From Phycisphaerae bacterium (GTDB lineage: Bacteria > Planctomycetota > Phycisphaerae > UBA1845 > Fen-1342), in contig JASFQK010000029.1 in assembly GCA_050115495.1 (NCBI GenBank), positions 1 through 64,000 of the forward strand: a stretch of DNA of 64,000 nt, given 5' to 3'. The position numbers and the translations under genes are program-made. The notes beneath the pieces are model-generated. The model made no database searches. It saw nothing but the letters and a program-made list of their open reading frames with translations, and had not been told where the DNA came from. This document shows positions 42,445 through 53,258 of the stretch, one piece after another. How positions within the stretch are numbered: position 1 is the first letter of the stretch; each line of letters starts with the position of its first letter.

Positions 42445-45099
42445 CTAGGGAGAAGGTGCTCCCGCAGGCGAGGGAGACAGAGGCACGCTCCACTCGGCTG
42501 CCTGTGCCGGATTCCCGCATGTCTCGCAGAACTCGGCGATCCGGCGCCGGAACGCCATCCGCCGCCGATTCGTCGGCGGGTAGACCAAGCGGAGTCTCAC
42601 CCGGTCGAACAGATCGGCAGCAATCACCTTCGCTTGGTCGCACTCTCCGCGGGAGACGAGGCAGTCCAGGAGCATGGCCTCGGTCTCGGGGACGTGAAAC
42701 GGCTCTTGCGGGGCTGATTCGTTCCAGATGTCCAGCGCATCGCGGAAGCACTGCTCAGCTTCCTCCCGTCTGCCCAGCGCAAGCAGCGATGCGCCATATC
42801 TGGCCGTGGCGACCGCGTACATCCTGTGCCGCGGCCCCAACAAGCGGAGGTAGACCGTAGTAACTTCTTCGTGAAGCTCCACCAATCTCGCTCGGTCGGC
42901 CGACTCGCCGCGTTCCATCTGCTCTTCGAGGAGGCCCGAGAGATTCAACAGGCTGATGGCGACGACCGGATGCACGTCTCCAAGCTGGGCGCGTCGGATG
43001 TGAAGCGCCTCGCCGTGCATCCGCTCTGCTGTGGCAAGATCGCCGAGCGCGCGATGGGCGTTCGCCAGGTAGGTGAGAATGTCCGCCCGGTCCAGCGGCC
43101 CGCCCTTTGCGCGGACATGTGTGTCCAGTGCCTGGGTGCAGTAGGACACAGCATCCGCGTACCGCTCGGCGTAGAGACTGACGTCGGCGAGATCGACCAG
43201 GCTCTGCATGATCTCCCGTCCGTGTTGGCCGGGCAAAGCGCGGCGGATCTCCAGTGCCTGGAGATGGCAGCGCTCGGCCTGCTCGCTGTCGCCGCCGCGC
43301 AACCAGGCGCTACCCAAAGCGGCCAGGCTGTCCGCCGCTTCCGCGGACTCGTCTCCCCACAGCTCACGGCTCAAGGTGAGGGCTCGTTCGCATAGGGGGC
43401 GGGCTTCCTCCCACTGACCTGTCTCCCGCAGTACCTCGGCCAAGCCGCGGAGAGAGGCGACGTACTTCGCGGGTCCGGTTCCGAGTTCCGATTTTCGCAG
43501 GCCCACGGCTTGGCGCAGGTGCTTCTCCGACTCCGGGTACAAGCCCAGGCCGTAGTACATACGGCCGATCGTCTCGTGGAGTGTGGCGGCGAACCGCGGC
43601 CGGTCGCGACAATCCGTCTCGACCCGCCGCGCGGCCTCGTCGAGCACTTCCCGTACGGTCAGATCGGCTCCCCGGGCGTGTTGGGGATCGATCGAGGCCA
43701 GTATGTCGTCGAGCAGGAACGACTGAACCCACTCGGTCTCTTCGAGGGCGCGGCGAGCGCGGACGGCCTCCCGCGTGGCGCGGACGGCTTGCCACGCCGC
43801 CACGGCCGAGCCCAAAGCGACAACCAGGGCTATGACGGCAGCGCTCACGGTCAGCGCCCGGTGGCGGCGAACGAACTTGCCCGCCCGCTCCCACGTCGGG
43901 CTGGGCCGATCGGGGATCGGTTGGTGGTCGAGGTGCCGGCGGATGGCGTCCGCCAGCTTGTCCACGCTCTCGAACCGTCGCGCCCGGTCAGGTTCCAGGC
44001 ACTTGCACACGATCCAATCGAGGTCGCCGCGCAGAGCACGCCCCAGGCTCTCCGGCTGGAGGCTGCGCCTTCCAGCTGCCGCCGCGGCGTCGTACGGCGT
44101 GCGTTGCTCACCGGGTCGCGATGTGTCCACTCCGTTCACGGCGACAGGGCCGGCGGCTGGGCGACGCAGCCATGAAGACGAGACGGCCTTGAGGCCGCAT
44201 CGCGTGCTTGGCCACGGGGGGTCTTCGAGCTTCTCACGTACGAGGTCCGCCAGCGTAGTGGCGGCGAACGGCAGGTGACCGGTGAGGAGTTCGTAGAGAA
44301 CGACGCCGAGAGAATACACATCCGTGCGAACGTCGATGGTGTCGATGTTGCCCTCGAACTGCTCCGGGGAGGCCCAGAGATACGTGCCGGCGAACTCGCC
44401 CGGGCGCGTCCGGTGACAACTGCTCAGGGCCAGTTCGCGGTTGGTGACGCGGGCGACGCCGAAGTCGATGATCTTGGGCTCGCCGGCGTCGCCGATGAGG
44501 ATGTTCGTGGGTTTCAAATCGCGGTGAATCACGCCCTTCTGATGGGCGTAGCGGATCCCGTCGCAGACTTTGAGGAACAGCCGCAAACGCCCGGGCAGGT
44601 CCAGCGTGATGGCGTCGGCGTGGTCCACGATGGTCGTGGCGTGCTCGATGTACTCCATCGCGTAGTAGGGCAGGGCATCCGTGGGTTTACGGCTGCTCGG
44701 TCCGACGTAGTACTGCGCGATGTTCGGGTGCTTCAGCGCCGCGATGACGCGTCGCTCGCGCCAGAACTGGTCCAGCGACTCCGGCGACACGGCTTCGCCC
44801 TTGATGATCTTCAGGGCAACGATGTGGCGCGACTCCTGCTCCATCGCGCGGTAGACGGTGCCCATACCGCCGGTGCCGAGCTCTTCGAACAACCGGAAGC
44901 CGGCGATCGTCTCCGGCGGGCCGGGATGCAGGCGGAACCAGCGCTCAACCGCGTGCAGGATGGGCGATGAAGCGGCGCCCTCGTCCCGAAGGTACTGCAA
45001 CCTGTCCGCACGGTCGCTCCGCGGGAGCGTCTCCAACTGCGCGATCAGCTCGTGGACGCCATTCCACTGCTCATCGGTAAGCTCTTCCACCGAGGCCAT
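42445..45099 (-). CDS. Ser/Thr protein kinase with TM and TPR repeats
   Basis: LGTGGMGTVY, VALK, HRDLKPTN, DFG, DVYSLG, followed by a TPR array. Confidence 0.93.
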   Translation of the reverse strand: MASVEELTDEQWNGVHELIAQLETLPRSDRADRLQYLRDEGAASSPILHAVERWFRLHPGPPETIAGFRLFEELGTGGMGTVYRAMEQESRHIVALKIIKGEAVSPESLDQFWRERRVIAALKHPNIAQYYVGPSSRKPTDALPYYAMEYIEHATTIVDHADAITLDLPGRLRLFLKVCDGIRYAHQKGVIHRDLKPTNILIGDAGEPKIIDFGVARVTNRELALSSCHRTRPGEFAGTYLWASPEQFEGNIDTIDVRTDVYSLGVVLYELLTGHLPFAATTLADLVREKLEDPPWPSTRCGLKAVSSSWLRRPAAGPVAVNGVDTSRPGEQRTPYDAAAAAGRRSLQPESLGRALRGDLDWIVCKCLEPDRARRFESVDKLADAIRRHLDHQPIPDRPSPTWERAGKFVRRHRALTVSAAVIALVVALGSAVAAWQAVRATREAVRARRALEETEWVQSFLLDDILASIDPQHARGADLTVREVLDEAARRVETDCRDRPRFAATLHETIGRMYYGLGLYPESEKHLRQAVGLRKSELGTGPAKYVASLRGLAEVLRETGQWEEARPLCERALTLSRELWGDESAEAADSLAALGSAWLRGGDSEQAERCHLQALEIRRALPGQHGREIMQSLVDLADVSLYAERYADAVSYCTQALDTHVRAKGGPLDRADILTYLANAHRALGDLATAERMHGEALHIRRAQLGDVHPVVAISLLNLSGLLEEQMERGESADRARLVELHEEVTTVYLRLLGPRHRMYAVATARYGASLLALGRREEAEQCFRDALDIWNESAPQEPFHVPETEAMLLDCLVSRGECDQAKVIAADLFDRVRLRLVYPPTNRRRMAFRRRIAEFCETCGNPAQAAEWSVPLSPSPAGAPSP

Positions 45100-45109
45100 G
45101 GCCCTTACC

Positions 45110-45730
45110 TCACGCTCCTCGCGCCAGCGGCGGCCTACCGAGCTTTTCGTTAAACAGCAGCTTGGCTCTTTCCTGAAGGCGACGGACGCTTGTTCGCGGC
45201 TCTCCCAGGAAGCGGGCGATCTCCGTGCAATTGAGTCCGGCGTAGAGCCAGTACCTGCTAAACTCTGCCAATTCGGGGCCGTCGCCCTGTCGCTTCTCCA
45301 GCTCGTCTATCACAAGCTGCACGTCGACCGCCAGGTCCGGGTCCTGCCGGACAAGCCTGGGGAGTTCGGCGAATCGCGACTCATCAAGTGGGACAGTCGC
45401 GATGCGGCGACGGCGTTTCCGCGCGTGGTCGATCAGAACGTGGCGCATCACACTGTACATCGAGGCGCAGAAGTGCTTGCGGTTCTCCCAGGTCATTTCC
45501 TTCCAGGTCGCCTTCCCGCCGCCGGCCCGCCGCAGGGCGCTGTCGACGAGATCGGTCGTTTGTATCGACTGAGCGTTGTCCTCGCCAGCCAGTAGTCCGT
45601 GGGCCATGCGGTTGAGTTCATCCATCAGCTCCGATAGGTCGCTCCAGGACACGGGCCCATCTTCGTCCCGGGGGCTGTTGTCGTTCACAGGGGGCTTCTC
45701 GTTGTGTTCGGCTTCGGCATCCTGATTCAT
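45110..45730 (-). CDS. ECF sigma factor of the planctomycete kinase-associated type
   Basis: EL.RMA..LL...SIQTTDLV...W.NRKHF...MRHVLIDHAR and a region 4 HTH, GGAGGAG RBS, directly upstream of the kinase. Confidence 0.85.
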   Translation of the reverse strand: MNQDAEAEHNEKPPVNDNSPRDEDGPVSWSDLSELMDELNRMAHGLLAGEDNAQSIQTTDLVDSALRRAGGGKATWKEMTWENRKHFCASMYSVMRHVLIDHARKRRRRIATVPLDESRFAELPRLVRQDPDLAVDVQLVIDELEKRQGDGPELAEFSRYWLYAGLNCTEIARFLGEPRTSVRRLQERAKLLFNEKLGRPPLARGA

Positions 45731-46130
45731 AGTCTCCTCCTCCATGACTGCGTGCGCGTCCCCCGCACAGGGGATGTCGCGACACTGAAACCATCTCCAA
45801 CGCCAGAAGCAACGGCGTGATCGCTCACGCAACAGACAGCCACGCTTGGGCAGTAGGGTGATGCGTAAGCCTCACTTCCGGACTTTGGCGCGACTTGGCC
45901 GTTTCCGTCGCCATTGTACGCATATTGGTATGGGGTGCGGAAGCGCATCACGTGGATTGGGCACCGGAGAAAGGCGGACGCGGACCGTGCGTACGCCAGC
46001 CCGTAGCGACCAAGGCACGTCCGTGACACGGCTGGCGTCGCGATCGCGGGTCTTGCCTTCTGGGTGTCGGCTGTCGCGGGCCACTCAGCGGTGCCCGCAC
46101 CAAGGTGTTGAACAGAACAAGGAGAGACAC

Positions 46131-46373
46131 ATGAAGGGACTGAGGAAGCTGGCGTTGCCGCCGAGGGAACGGCTCAGGAACCTCCAGAGCGCGGAGACGC
46201 GCTGGGTGCGTGGCGGCGCGCCGCCGGACCTCGCGCACCAAGTCGCAGGAGGGCCTCAGCCAAACGACCAGATTATCCACACCGGTGGCTGCGTGGTGAG
46301 CACTAACCCCCAGATGTGCTCATATCATTACGAATACGGCCCGCCGCAATGCGTGACCGGAGCGAGCTGCTAG
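46131..46373 (+). CDS. lanA: Class I lanthipeptide precursor (lanA3)
   Basis: AAGGAG RBS, leader MKGLRKLALPPRERLRNL...VRGG, core with 4 Cys and 6 Ser/Thr. Confidence 0.8.
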   Translation: MKGLRKLALPPRERLRNLQSAETRWVRGGAPPDLAHQVAGGPQPNDQIIHTGGCVVSTNPQMCSYHYEYGPPQCVTGASC

Positions 46374-46564
46374 AGCGGGAACGCACAAGCGCTGTTGTCG
46401 GTGATGGCCCGCACGGTGCTTCGCGAGCAGATGCAGGCAAGAGAGACGTGTAGCTTGCATGATGTGCTGGAGTCCTCGGTAGTCGCCGTGCGCGCCGCGT
46501 GCAGTGTCGGCTGCGTAGCGGACAAACACAGCACGCACACGTATTGCTGAGAAAGGAGATGGTC

Positions 46565-46792
46565 ATGAAAGGGCTGAGAAGGCTGACGTTGCCGCCAAGA
46601 GAGCGGCTCAGGAACCTGCGAAGCGAGGACACGCGCTGGGTACGTGGTGGTGTGCAGCATGGCGTCGGAAGGGACCCACACCCCGTCGATGAGTGGGGCG
46701 GTGTTATCAACACGAGACTGACCTGTTGGTGCCCAGACACGCAGAGCTGCTGTTCGTCGGGTGGCTACGAGCACTACGGGCCAACTGGCTAG
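46565..46792 (+). CDS. lanA: Class I lanthipeptide precursor (lanA4)
   Basis: AAGGAG RBS, leader nearly identical to lanA3, different core with 4 Cys and 7 Ser/Thr. Confidence 0.8.
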   Translation: MKGLRRLTLPPRERLRNLRSEDTRWVRGGVQHGVGRDPHPVDEWGGVINTRLTCWCPDTQSCCSSGGYEHYGPTG

Positions 46793-46941
46793 AGTCCACT
46801 GTTGCTCGCACTGCACGGCAGCCGGCTTCGTTGTTGACGGGGCTGCAACGTCGCTGAGCACGCGAGCGTCGCACGAGGATGAACGGTCCGGCGGCGGGCT
46901 GTCCGCCGCCGGGTTGGGACTCGGGGGTGAATTCCTGTATA

Positions 46942-48306
46942 ATGGCAATGTCAACGGTGGGCTCAATTGTGCACTTGGGGCGAGAGCAGGCTATTTGGCG
47001 CGCGATCCTGACGGGGCCGACAGCAGAGCGGGCCCAGGTGGTGGTCGAACTCATCGCGGACCGACTGCGGGGCGTGGCCGCAGATTGGATCCCGGACGGC
47101 CTCCCCGACGAATACCGTGGCTCCATAGTCAACAGCCCCGGCCTGGCGAGTGGACGGGCCGGGCTGGCCGTCTTCTATGGCTATCTGGCCCGTACCTGGT
47201 CGCGGAAGCGGGACCGGGAACGGTCGCTACAACTCCTGGAGGAGGCCATCGATCTGCTGGCCGTCACGCACACACGCGCGTCCCTGTACGCCGGCTATGC
47301 GGGCACGGCGTGGGTCGCCGAGCACCTGCGTCGATTGCTGCTCGGAGCCGAAGGGGAGGATCCGAACGGGGCCATCGACGAGGCGCTGCTGAAGCATCTC
47401 GACCGTTCGCCCTGGCCGGATGACTACGACTTGGTGAACGGACTCGTGGGATTCGGCGTGTATGCGCTGGAACGCCTGCCGCTGCCCGCCGCCGTGGAGT
47501 GTCTGACCCGCATCGTGGAGCGGCTGCACGAGATGGCCGAGCACACGCCGCCCGGTGTCACGTGGCTGTCTTCTCCCACACTACTGCCGGCACCGCAGCG
47601 TGCCCTTGCCCCCGGTGGATACTACAACCTCGGTGTAGCACACGGCATACCAGGCGTGATCGCTCTGCTGGCGTGGGCGTGCGCGGCCGACGTGTCTGCA
47701 GAGAAGGCGAGACCGCTGTTGGAGGGCGCGGTCGAGTGGCTTCTGGCGCAGAGGTTGCCAGAAATTGCCGGCTCCACGTTCCCGCTCTGGGCAGCGCCTG
47801 GGATCGACGTCCGGCCGGCGAGGCTGGCGTGGTGCTACGGCGATGCAGGCATCGCCGCTGCGCTGCTGTCGGCGGCAAGGTGCGTTGGCAATAGCACCTG
47901 GGAGGCCGAGGCGGTGGCCATCGCCCGCCGGGCAGCGCGACGCCGATTCGAGGATTCCGGCGTGGTGGACGTCGGCCTCTGCCACGGCGCCGCCGGTCTG
48001 GGACATATCTTCAACCGTCTCTACCAGGCCACCGGCGACGGCGAACTGGGCGGCGCGGCACGTCAATGGTTCACGCATAGCCTGACGATGCGACGGCCGA
48101 ACGAGGGAATAGCGGGCTACCTGGCGTCGATGCGTCCGCCCGATGGCGAGGAGAGATGGGTGGCCGATCCGTGCTTTCTCACGGGTGCGGCGGGGATTGG
48201 GCTGGCACTGCTGGCGGCGATCACGCCGGTTGAACCCGCCTGGGACAGGGTGCTACTCGTGTCGGTGCCGCCGACGCGGTCACAGAGAGGCGCGGACCGT
48301 GGATGA
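46942..48306 (+). CDS. lanC: Lanthionine cyclase LanC
   Basis: GVAHG, AWCYG and GLCHG zinc-site motifs. Confidence 0.93.
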   Translation: MAMSTVGSIVHLGREQAIWRAILTGPTAERAQVVVELIADRLRGVAADWIPDGLPDEYRGSIVNSPGLASGRAGLAVFYGYLARTWSRKRDRERSLQLLEEAIDLLAVTHTRASLYAGYAGTAWVAEHLRRLLLGAEGEDPNGAIDEALLKHLDRSPWPDDYDLVNGLVGFGVYALERLPLPAAVECLTRIVERLHEMAEHTPPGVTWLSSPTLLPAPQRALAPGGYYNLGVAHGIPGVIALLAWACAADVSAEKARPLLEGAVEWLLAQRLPEIAGSTFPLWAAPGIDVRPARLAWCYGDAGIAAALLSAARCVGNSTWEAEAVAIARRAARRRFEDSGVVDVGLCHGAAGLGHIFNRLYQATGDGELGGAARQWFTHSLTMRRPNEGIAGYLASMRPPDGEERWVADPCFLTGAAGIGLALLAAITPVEPAWDRVLLVSVPPTRSQRGADRG

Positions 48307-51300
48307 GGCTGGTGACAACCGAGCCGACGGCGAGGAGTTGGTTCCGTCGGGCTTCTTCGTGCTGCGGACGCCGCTCTTGCCGTTCGACACGCTGCGGGTT
48401 TGGAGTGCAGACCTGGAGGCGCCGCGCGCGTTGGGAGACGCCGCCCGTCTAGAGGCGGCGTTGGCGACCGACCGGGCGCGACTGCGGGAGCGGTTACGAG
48501 ATATCCTGGGACTGCCGGAGTTCAACGAGGCGCTCTTCGTCGCCGCCCCCAGTCTCTGGAAGCAACTGTCGGACTGGCGGGACGATCCGGACAGCAAGCG
48601 GGGCCGGAAGGTCGAGCACCCACTCGTGGGGTACGTGGTGCGGGCGGCGGCGCGGCCGACACCGTTCGGCTTGTTCGCCGGCTGCGCTGTGGGTGTGCTG
48701 GGGTCGAAAACCGTCTTGGACGTGCCACCGCGTGACCGCTACAGGCGGCACACGCGCCTGGACATGGGCTACCTGCTCAAACTGACGAACCGGCTGGAGA
48801 GCGATCCGGAGATCCGCCGGGGTCTGCCGTACAACCCCAATTCGAGCCTGTACCGCGCCGCGGGGCGGTTGCGCTACGCCGAAGCCGAGCTCAAGGACGG
48901 CACGCGCTCGTACCAGTTGGTGGCACTCGACGAAGACGACTATCTGCGAGCGACGCTGGCGGCAGCGCGAAGCGGGGCGCAACCTGGCACGCTGGCCGAG
49001 GGTCTGGTGTCGGCGGACGGGGAGGTCACGCTCGCCGAGGCTGAGGCGTACATCGGGAATGACGTGATCGGCAGCCAGATCCTGGTTTCCGAGCTGGCGC
49101 CGGCGGTCACCGGGCCCGAGCCGATGCATGCCCTGCTGAGCACGTTGCGCGAGTTACCCGTGGCGGCGGACGTGGTGGACGCCCTGGAGCGTGTGCACGC
49201 TGCCGTCGAGTCGCTCGACGACGGCGGGCTGGGCGCCGACCCGGAACGCTATCGCGCCGTCGTCCGAGCCGTGGAGAAGTTGCCGGCCGATGTGGAACCG
49301 AACCGGCTGTTCCAGGTGGACATGACGAAGCCGACAGCGGATGCCGCCCTGTCAGACGCTGTGGTGCGCGAACTGGTCCGTGGTGTCCATACGTTGCACA
49401 GGCTCAGTCCCTCGCGAAAACGGCTGGACAAGATGGCCGATTTTCGCAGCGCGTTCACCGATCGCTACGGCGACCGCGAGGTCCCGCTGGTCGAGGCACT
49501 GGACGAGGAGATCGGTATCGGTTTCGAGCGCTCGACGGCGCCAACGGCCGAGGCTTCACCGCTGCTGGCGGGGCTGTCGCTGCCGGACACCAGCGACGAC
49601 GCGATGCGCTGGACCGCACGCGACATCCTTCTGCTCCACAAACTGGAGGAGGTTCTCGCGACAGGGGCGACCGAGATCGAGCTGACCCCCAGTGACCTCG
49701 ATCGCCTCGGGCAAACGGACCGGTTGCCGTTGCCGGATGCCTTCGCCGTGACGGCCATGCTGGCCTCGCCGTCGCCGGCAGCGCTGGCCGAGGGAGACTT
49801 CCGGCTGCTGTTGCGCAATGTGTCCGGCCCATCGGGCGGCGTCTTGCTGGGAAGATTCTGTCATTGCGACGAGACGCTCCGCCGCCTCGTCGAGCAGCAC
49901 GTACGGGCGGAGGAAGTGCTGCAACCGGACGCGGTTTTCGCGGAGATCGTGCACTTGCCGGAGGGTCGCCTGGGGAACATCCTCTGTCGGCCGGTGCTCC
50001 GCGACTACGAGATTCCCTTTCTGGGGCGCTCGGGGGCGTCGCGGGAGAGGCAACTGCCCGTGACCGATCTGCTGGTCACGGTGATCGGGGACCGGGTTGT
50101 GCTGCGTTCGGCCCGTCTGGACCGCGAGGTCGTGCCCCGACTGACGACCGCCCACAACTTCACGGCGCGCAGCATGGGCACGTACCGCTTCCTGTGCACG
50201 CTGCAGTTGCAGGGCGTCGCGACGGGCTTGTCGTGGGCCTGGGGGCCCTTGGAGAGCGCCCGGTATCTGCCGCGCGTATCCTGTGGTCGGCTGGTCCTGG
50301 CCCGCGCCCGCTGGCTGGCGGACTACAAGGAGATTGAGGCCCTCCAGCAGGCGGCCCGCGGAGCGGCCCAGTTTCAGGCCGTTCAAAAATGGCGCACGCG
50401 TCGCAAGCTGCCACGGCTCGTCGCGCTGGCGGAGGCGGACAACGAGCTCGAGGTCGACTTCGACAATGTCCTGAGCATCGAGGCGTTCCTGCACTCGGCG
50501 AGCACGTCGATACGGCGGTGGCGGACGGCGGCCCGCCTGGTAGAGATATTCCCTGCTCCGGACGAGCTATGCGCCGCCGGGCCGGAGGGACGTTTCACGC
50601 ACGAGCTCATCGTGCCCTTCACGCGGGCGCGACAGCCGGTCTCGCGACGGCTGCCGCCGCGAGTCCAGGTTTCCTCGTGGCAGCAGCGAACGTTGGTGCC
50701 GGGGTCGGAGTGGCTGGACCTGCGGATCTACACCGGGAGCTCGACGGCGGACCGCGTGCTCCGCGATGTCGTTGGTCCGTTCGTGCGTAACCACATGCAG
50801 GCGGGTCTCATCGATCGCTGGTTCTTCATCCGCTACAGCGATCCGGAGTGGCACCTGCGCCTGCGCCTGCACGGCGAGCCGGCGACGCTCCAGGCCAGTG
50901 TGCTCCCGGCGCTCAACGAGGCCATCGGAGCACTGATCGGCGCGGGATGTGCCTGGCGCATGCGTGTTGACACGTATGAGCGTGAGGTCGAGCGTTACGG
51001 TGGACTCGACGGTGTTGTTCTCGCCGAACGACTTTTCCACGCCGACAGCGAGGCCGTGCAGGCCATCGTCGAGCTCCTGGACGGTGAGGAGGGTGCCGAC
51101 GCCCGGTGGCGTCTGGCGGTGCGCGGCATGGACATGCTGCTCACCGACGTCGGCCTCGATCTGCCCCGGAAGCTCGACCTGGCCAAGCGCGCCTACCGGG
51201 CGCTGTCGCGCGAGTTCGGCGTGGATACACCTCGCTTCCGGACGGAACTCAGGAAACGGTTCGACCCACTGCGTCCCGAACTCACCGGCCTGCTGGATCC

Positions 51301-51601
51301 GGCCGGCGATGAGAGCAGCCCGCTCGCTCCGGCCTTGCGGGTGCTCCGGCGGCGCTCGGTGGCATTGGAGCCAGTCGCGGCGGCACTGCAAGCGCTGGCT
51401 GAAGACCGGCGCCTGACACGGTCGCTGGAGGACATGGCCTCGAGCTACGTGCACATGCACGTCAACCGCATGCTGCGCTCGGCGCAGCGGGCCCAGGAGA
51501 TGGTGCTCTACGACTACCTCGTGCGGCTGTACGAGATCTTCGGCCACACACGGCAGCCGGGTCCTCGACCTGGCCGTCGCGTTGACCTGCCGATCGGCTA
51601 G
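48299..51601 (+). CDS. lanB: Lantibiotic dehydratase LanB (glutamylation plus elimination domains)
   Basis: [50 protein letters not shown]. About 1100 aa. Confidence 0.95.
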   Translation: MDEAGDNRADGEELVPSGFFVLRTPLLPFDTLRVWSADLEAPRALGDAARLEAALATDRARLRERLRDILGLPEFNEALFVAAPSLWKQLSDWRDDPDSKRGRKVEHPLVGYVVRAAARPTPFGLFAGCAVGVLGSKTVLDVPPRDRYRRHTRLDMGYLLKLTNRLESDPEIRRGLPYNPNSSLYRAAGRLRYAEAELKDGTRSYQLVALDEDDYLRATLAAARSGAQPGTLAEGLVSADGEVTLAEAEAYIGNDVIGSQILVSELAPAVTGPEPMHALLSTLRELPVAADVVDALERVHAAVESLDDGGLGADPERYRAVVRAVEKLPADVEPNRLFQVDMTKPTADAALSDAVVRELVRGVHTLHRLSPSRKRLDKMADFRSAFTDRYGDREVPLVEALDEEIGIGFERSTAPTAEASPLLAGLSLPDTSDDAMRWTARDILLLHKLEEVLATGATEIELTPSDLDRLGQTDRLPLPDAFAVTAMLASPSPAALAEGDFRLLLRNVSGPSGGVLLGRFCHCDETLRRLVEQHVRAEEVLQPDAVFAEIVHLPEGRLGNILCRPVLRDYEIPFLGRSGASRERQLPVTDLLVTVIGDRVVLRSARLDREVVPRLTTAHNFTARSMGTYRFLCTLQLQGVATGLSWAWGPLESARYLPRVSCGRLVLARARWLADYKEIEALQQAARGAAQFQAVQKWRTRRKLPRLVALAEADNELEVDFDNVLSIEAFLHSASTSIRRWRTAARLVEIFPAPDELCAAGPEGRFTHELIVPFTRARQPVSRRLPPRVQVSSWQQRTLVPGSEWLDLRIYTGSSTADRVLRDVVGPFVRNHMQAGLIDRWFFIRYSDPEWHLRLRLHGEPATLQASVLPALNEAIGALIGAGCAWRMRVDTYEREVERYGGLDGVVLAERLFHADSEAVQAIVELLDGEEGADARWRLAVRGMDMLLTDVGLDLPRKLDLAKRAYRALSREFGVDTPRFRTELRKRFDPLRPELTGLLDPAGDESSPLAPALRVLRRRSVALEPVAAALQALAEDRRLTRSLEDMASSYVHMHVNRMLRSAQRAQEMVLYDYLVRLYEIFGHTRQPGPRPGRRVDLPIG

Positions 51602-51679
51602 GATACTCACCAGGGCTGGAGCCCCAATGGTGATCCACTGCCCGCTGCACGTTTGATTGCTACGGGAGGCAAGTCTGGC

Positions 51680-53230
51680 GTGGCCAAGCGGCGCGACAGC
51701 CTGGTTCGCCCGGCGGTGCGCGAACGAATCGCCACCGCGGATCATCGCGGGGGTGACGTCCTGCGTCTCGATCCCGCATCCACGATGCGGCGGGCGCGGT
51801 GGCTGATCCTGCTGCTGCTCGCCGTGTCCATGGCCGGCCTCGTGACCGTGCGTATTCCCGAGTATGCGTGGGGGCCGGCGGTGGTCTGGCTCGAGCATCA
51901 TGACGTGCTGGCCGCGGAAGCGGGAATGGTGTCCCGCGTGGACGTGTGCCCCGGCCAGCAGGTCCGCCGGGGTGATGTCCTCGTCCGTTTCTGCGACGAG
52001 CGGGAGGTGGCTGAGCTCAGGCGGATCGAGCAGGCGTACGAGCTGCAACTGGTCAACACCCTGCGTGATCCCCTGGACCAGGCGGCGTGCCGGGAGCTGA
52101 CCGCCCTGCGCGCCCAGCGAACACTGGCCGAAGAGCTCGTGCGGGAGAAGCGCGTCATCGCCCGCTACGAGGGCACCGTAGGCGACGTGCGCGTTCAGCC
52201 GGGCCAATGCGTGGCGATGGGCGACATCCTCGTCACGCTGCTCCCGCCGGACGCCCCCACGGCCGAGGCGGACGATCCGCGCGTCATCGCCCTGCTGCCC
52301 GCCCACCATGCTCCGATGCTGAAGACGGGGCTGGAGCTGCGACTTGAGCCGTCCGGGCACCGGTACACGTATGCCCAGGCCCGGGTGTGTGACGTGGGAA
52401 GCGAGGCGCTCGGACCGACGGCAATCCAGCGCTACCTGGGCCAGACCCTCGCCGACTCACTCGCACTCCAGGGCCCGTACGTAAAGGTCGAAGCGCACCT
52501 GGACCGCCGCACTGCGCTGGAAAAGGACGGAGAGACCTATAGCTTCGTGCACGGCATGCAGGGTACGGCTCGCGTGAAGATGCACTCCGCGCCCGCGGTG
52601 TGCGCGCTGGTTCCGCCGCTACGGCAAGTGATCGATGGGGGTGAAACGCCGATCGGCACGGCCCTGTTCGCAGGAGCAGCCGCAGCCGCGCTTTTCTTGG
52701 CCGTCTGGGTGATCCGCCGTCACGTGGTGAGGCTGATCGACCGCGTACGTCGCCCGTCCGTTCCCTTCATCGCCCAGGAAGGTCCCGACGACGGCGCGGC
52801 GGCCTGTCTGGCGATGGTGCTCGCGTTGCGCGGACAGCAGGTGACGCCAGCGGCGGTTGCAGCCCGCGTCGGTGCCCGGCGTGGTGCGGTCGTCGATTGG
52901 TATGAGGCGGCGTATCGTTACGGGCTCGCCTGCCGGGAATCGCGCATCGGCGTCGGCAGCACGCCTCTCGGACGCGGCCAGCCCGACGTCGGCCTGCTGC
53001 GGCAGTTGCCACCGGGGGCGCTGGTCGAGTTGCAGGGCGAGCTTGCGGTTCTCGAACGCGTCACCGCCACCGGCGTGAGTGTGCTGGACCCGCGCCGCGG
53101 GCGCCTGCACCTACCGCTGGGGCTGTTCGCCGGGATGTTCCGGCGGCGGGTGTGGACGTTTGAACCCCTCACGATAGACGCAGAGGAGCTGCTCGAGGTG
53201 ACAGAAGACCAAACGACGGAGGAGGCCTAG
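51680..53230 (+). CDS. HlyD-family adaptor fused to a C-terminal inactive C39-like domain
   Basis: TM, lipoyl-like halves and coiled coil, then a second TM and VPFIAQEGPDDGAAACLAMVL. Confidence 0.8.
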   Translation: MAKRRDSLVRPAVRERIATADHRGGDVLRLDPASTMRRARWLILLLLAVSMAGLVTVRIPEYAWGPAVVWLEHHDVLAAEAGMVSRVDVCPGQQVRRGDVLVRFCDEREVAELRRIEQAYELQLVNTLRDPLDQAACRELTALRAQRTLAEELVREKRVIARYEGTVGDVRVQPGQCVAMGDILVTLLPPDAPTAEADDPRVIALLPAHHAPMLKTGLELRLEPSGHRYTYAQARVCDVGSEALGPTAIQRYLGQTLADSLALQGPYVKVEAHLDRRTALEKDGETYSFVHGMQGTARVKMHSAPAVCALVPPLRQVIDGGETPIGTALFAGAAAAALFLAVWVIRRHVVRLIDRVRRPSVPFIAQEGPDDGAAACLAMVLALRGQQVTPAAVAARVGARRGAVVDWYEAAYRYGLACRESRIGVGSTPLGRGQPDVGLLRQLPPGALVELQGELAVLERVTATGVSVLDPRRGRLHLPLGLFAGMFRRRVWTFEPLTIDAEELLEVTEDQTTEEA

Positions 53231-53258
53231 CGCCTCAGGCGCCGACCGGAGAACCAAC

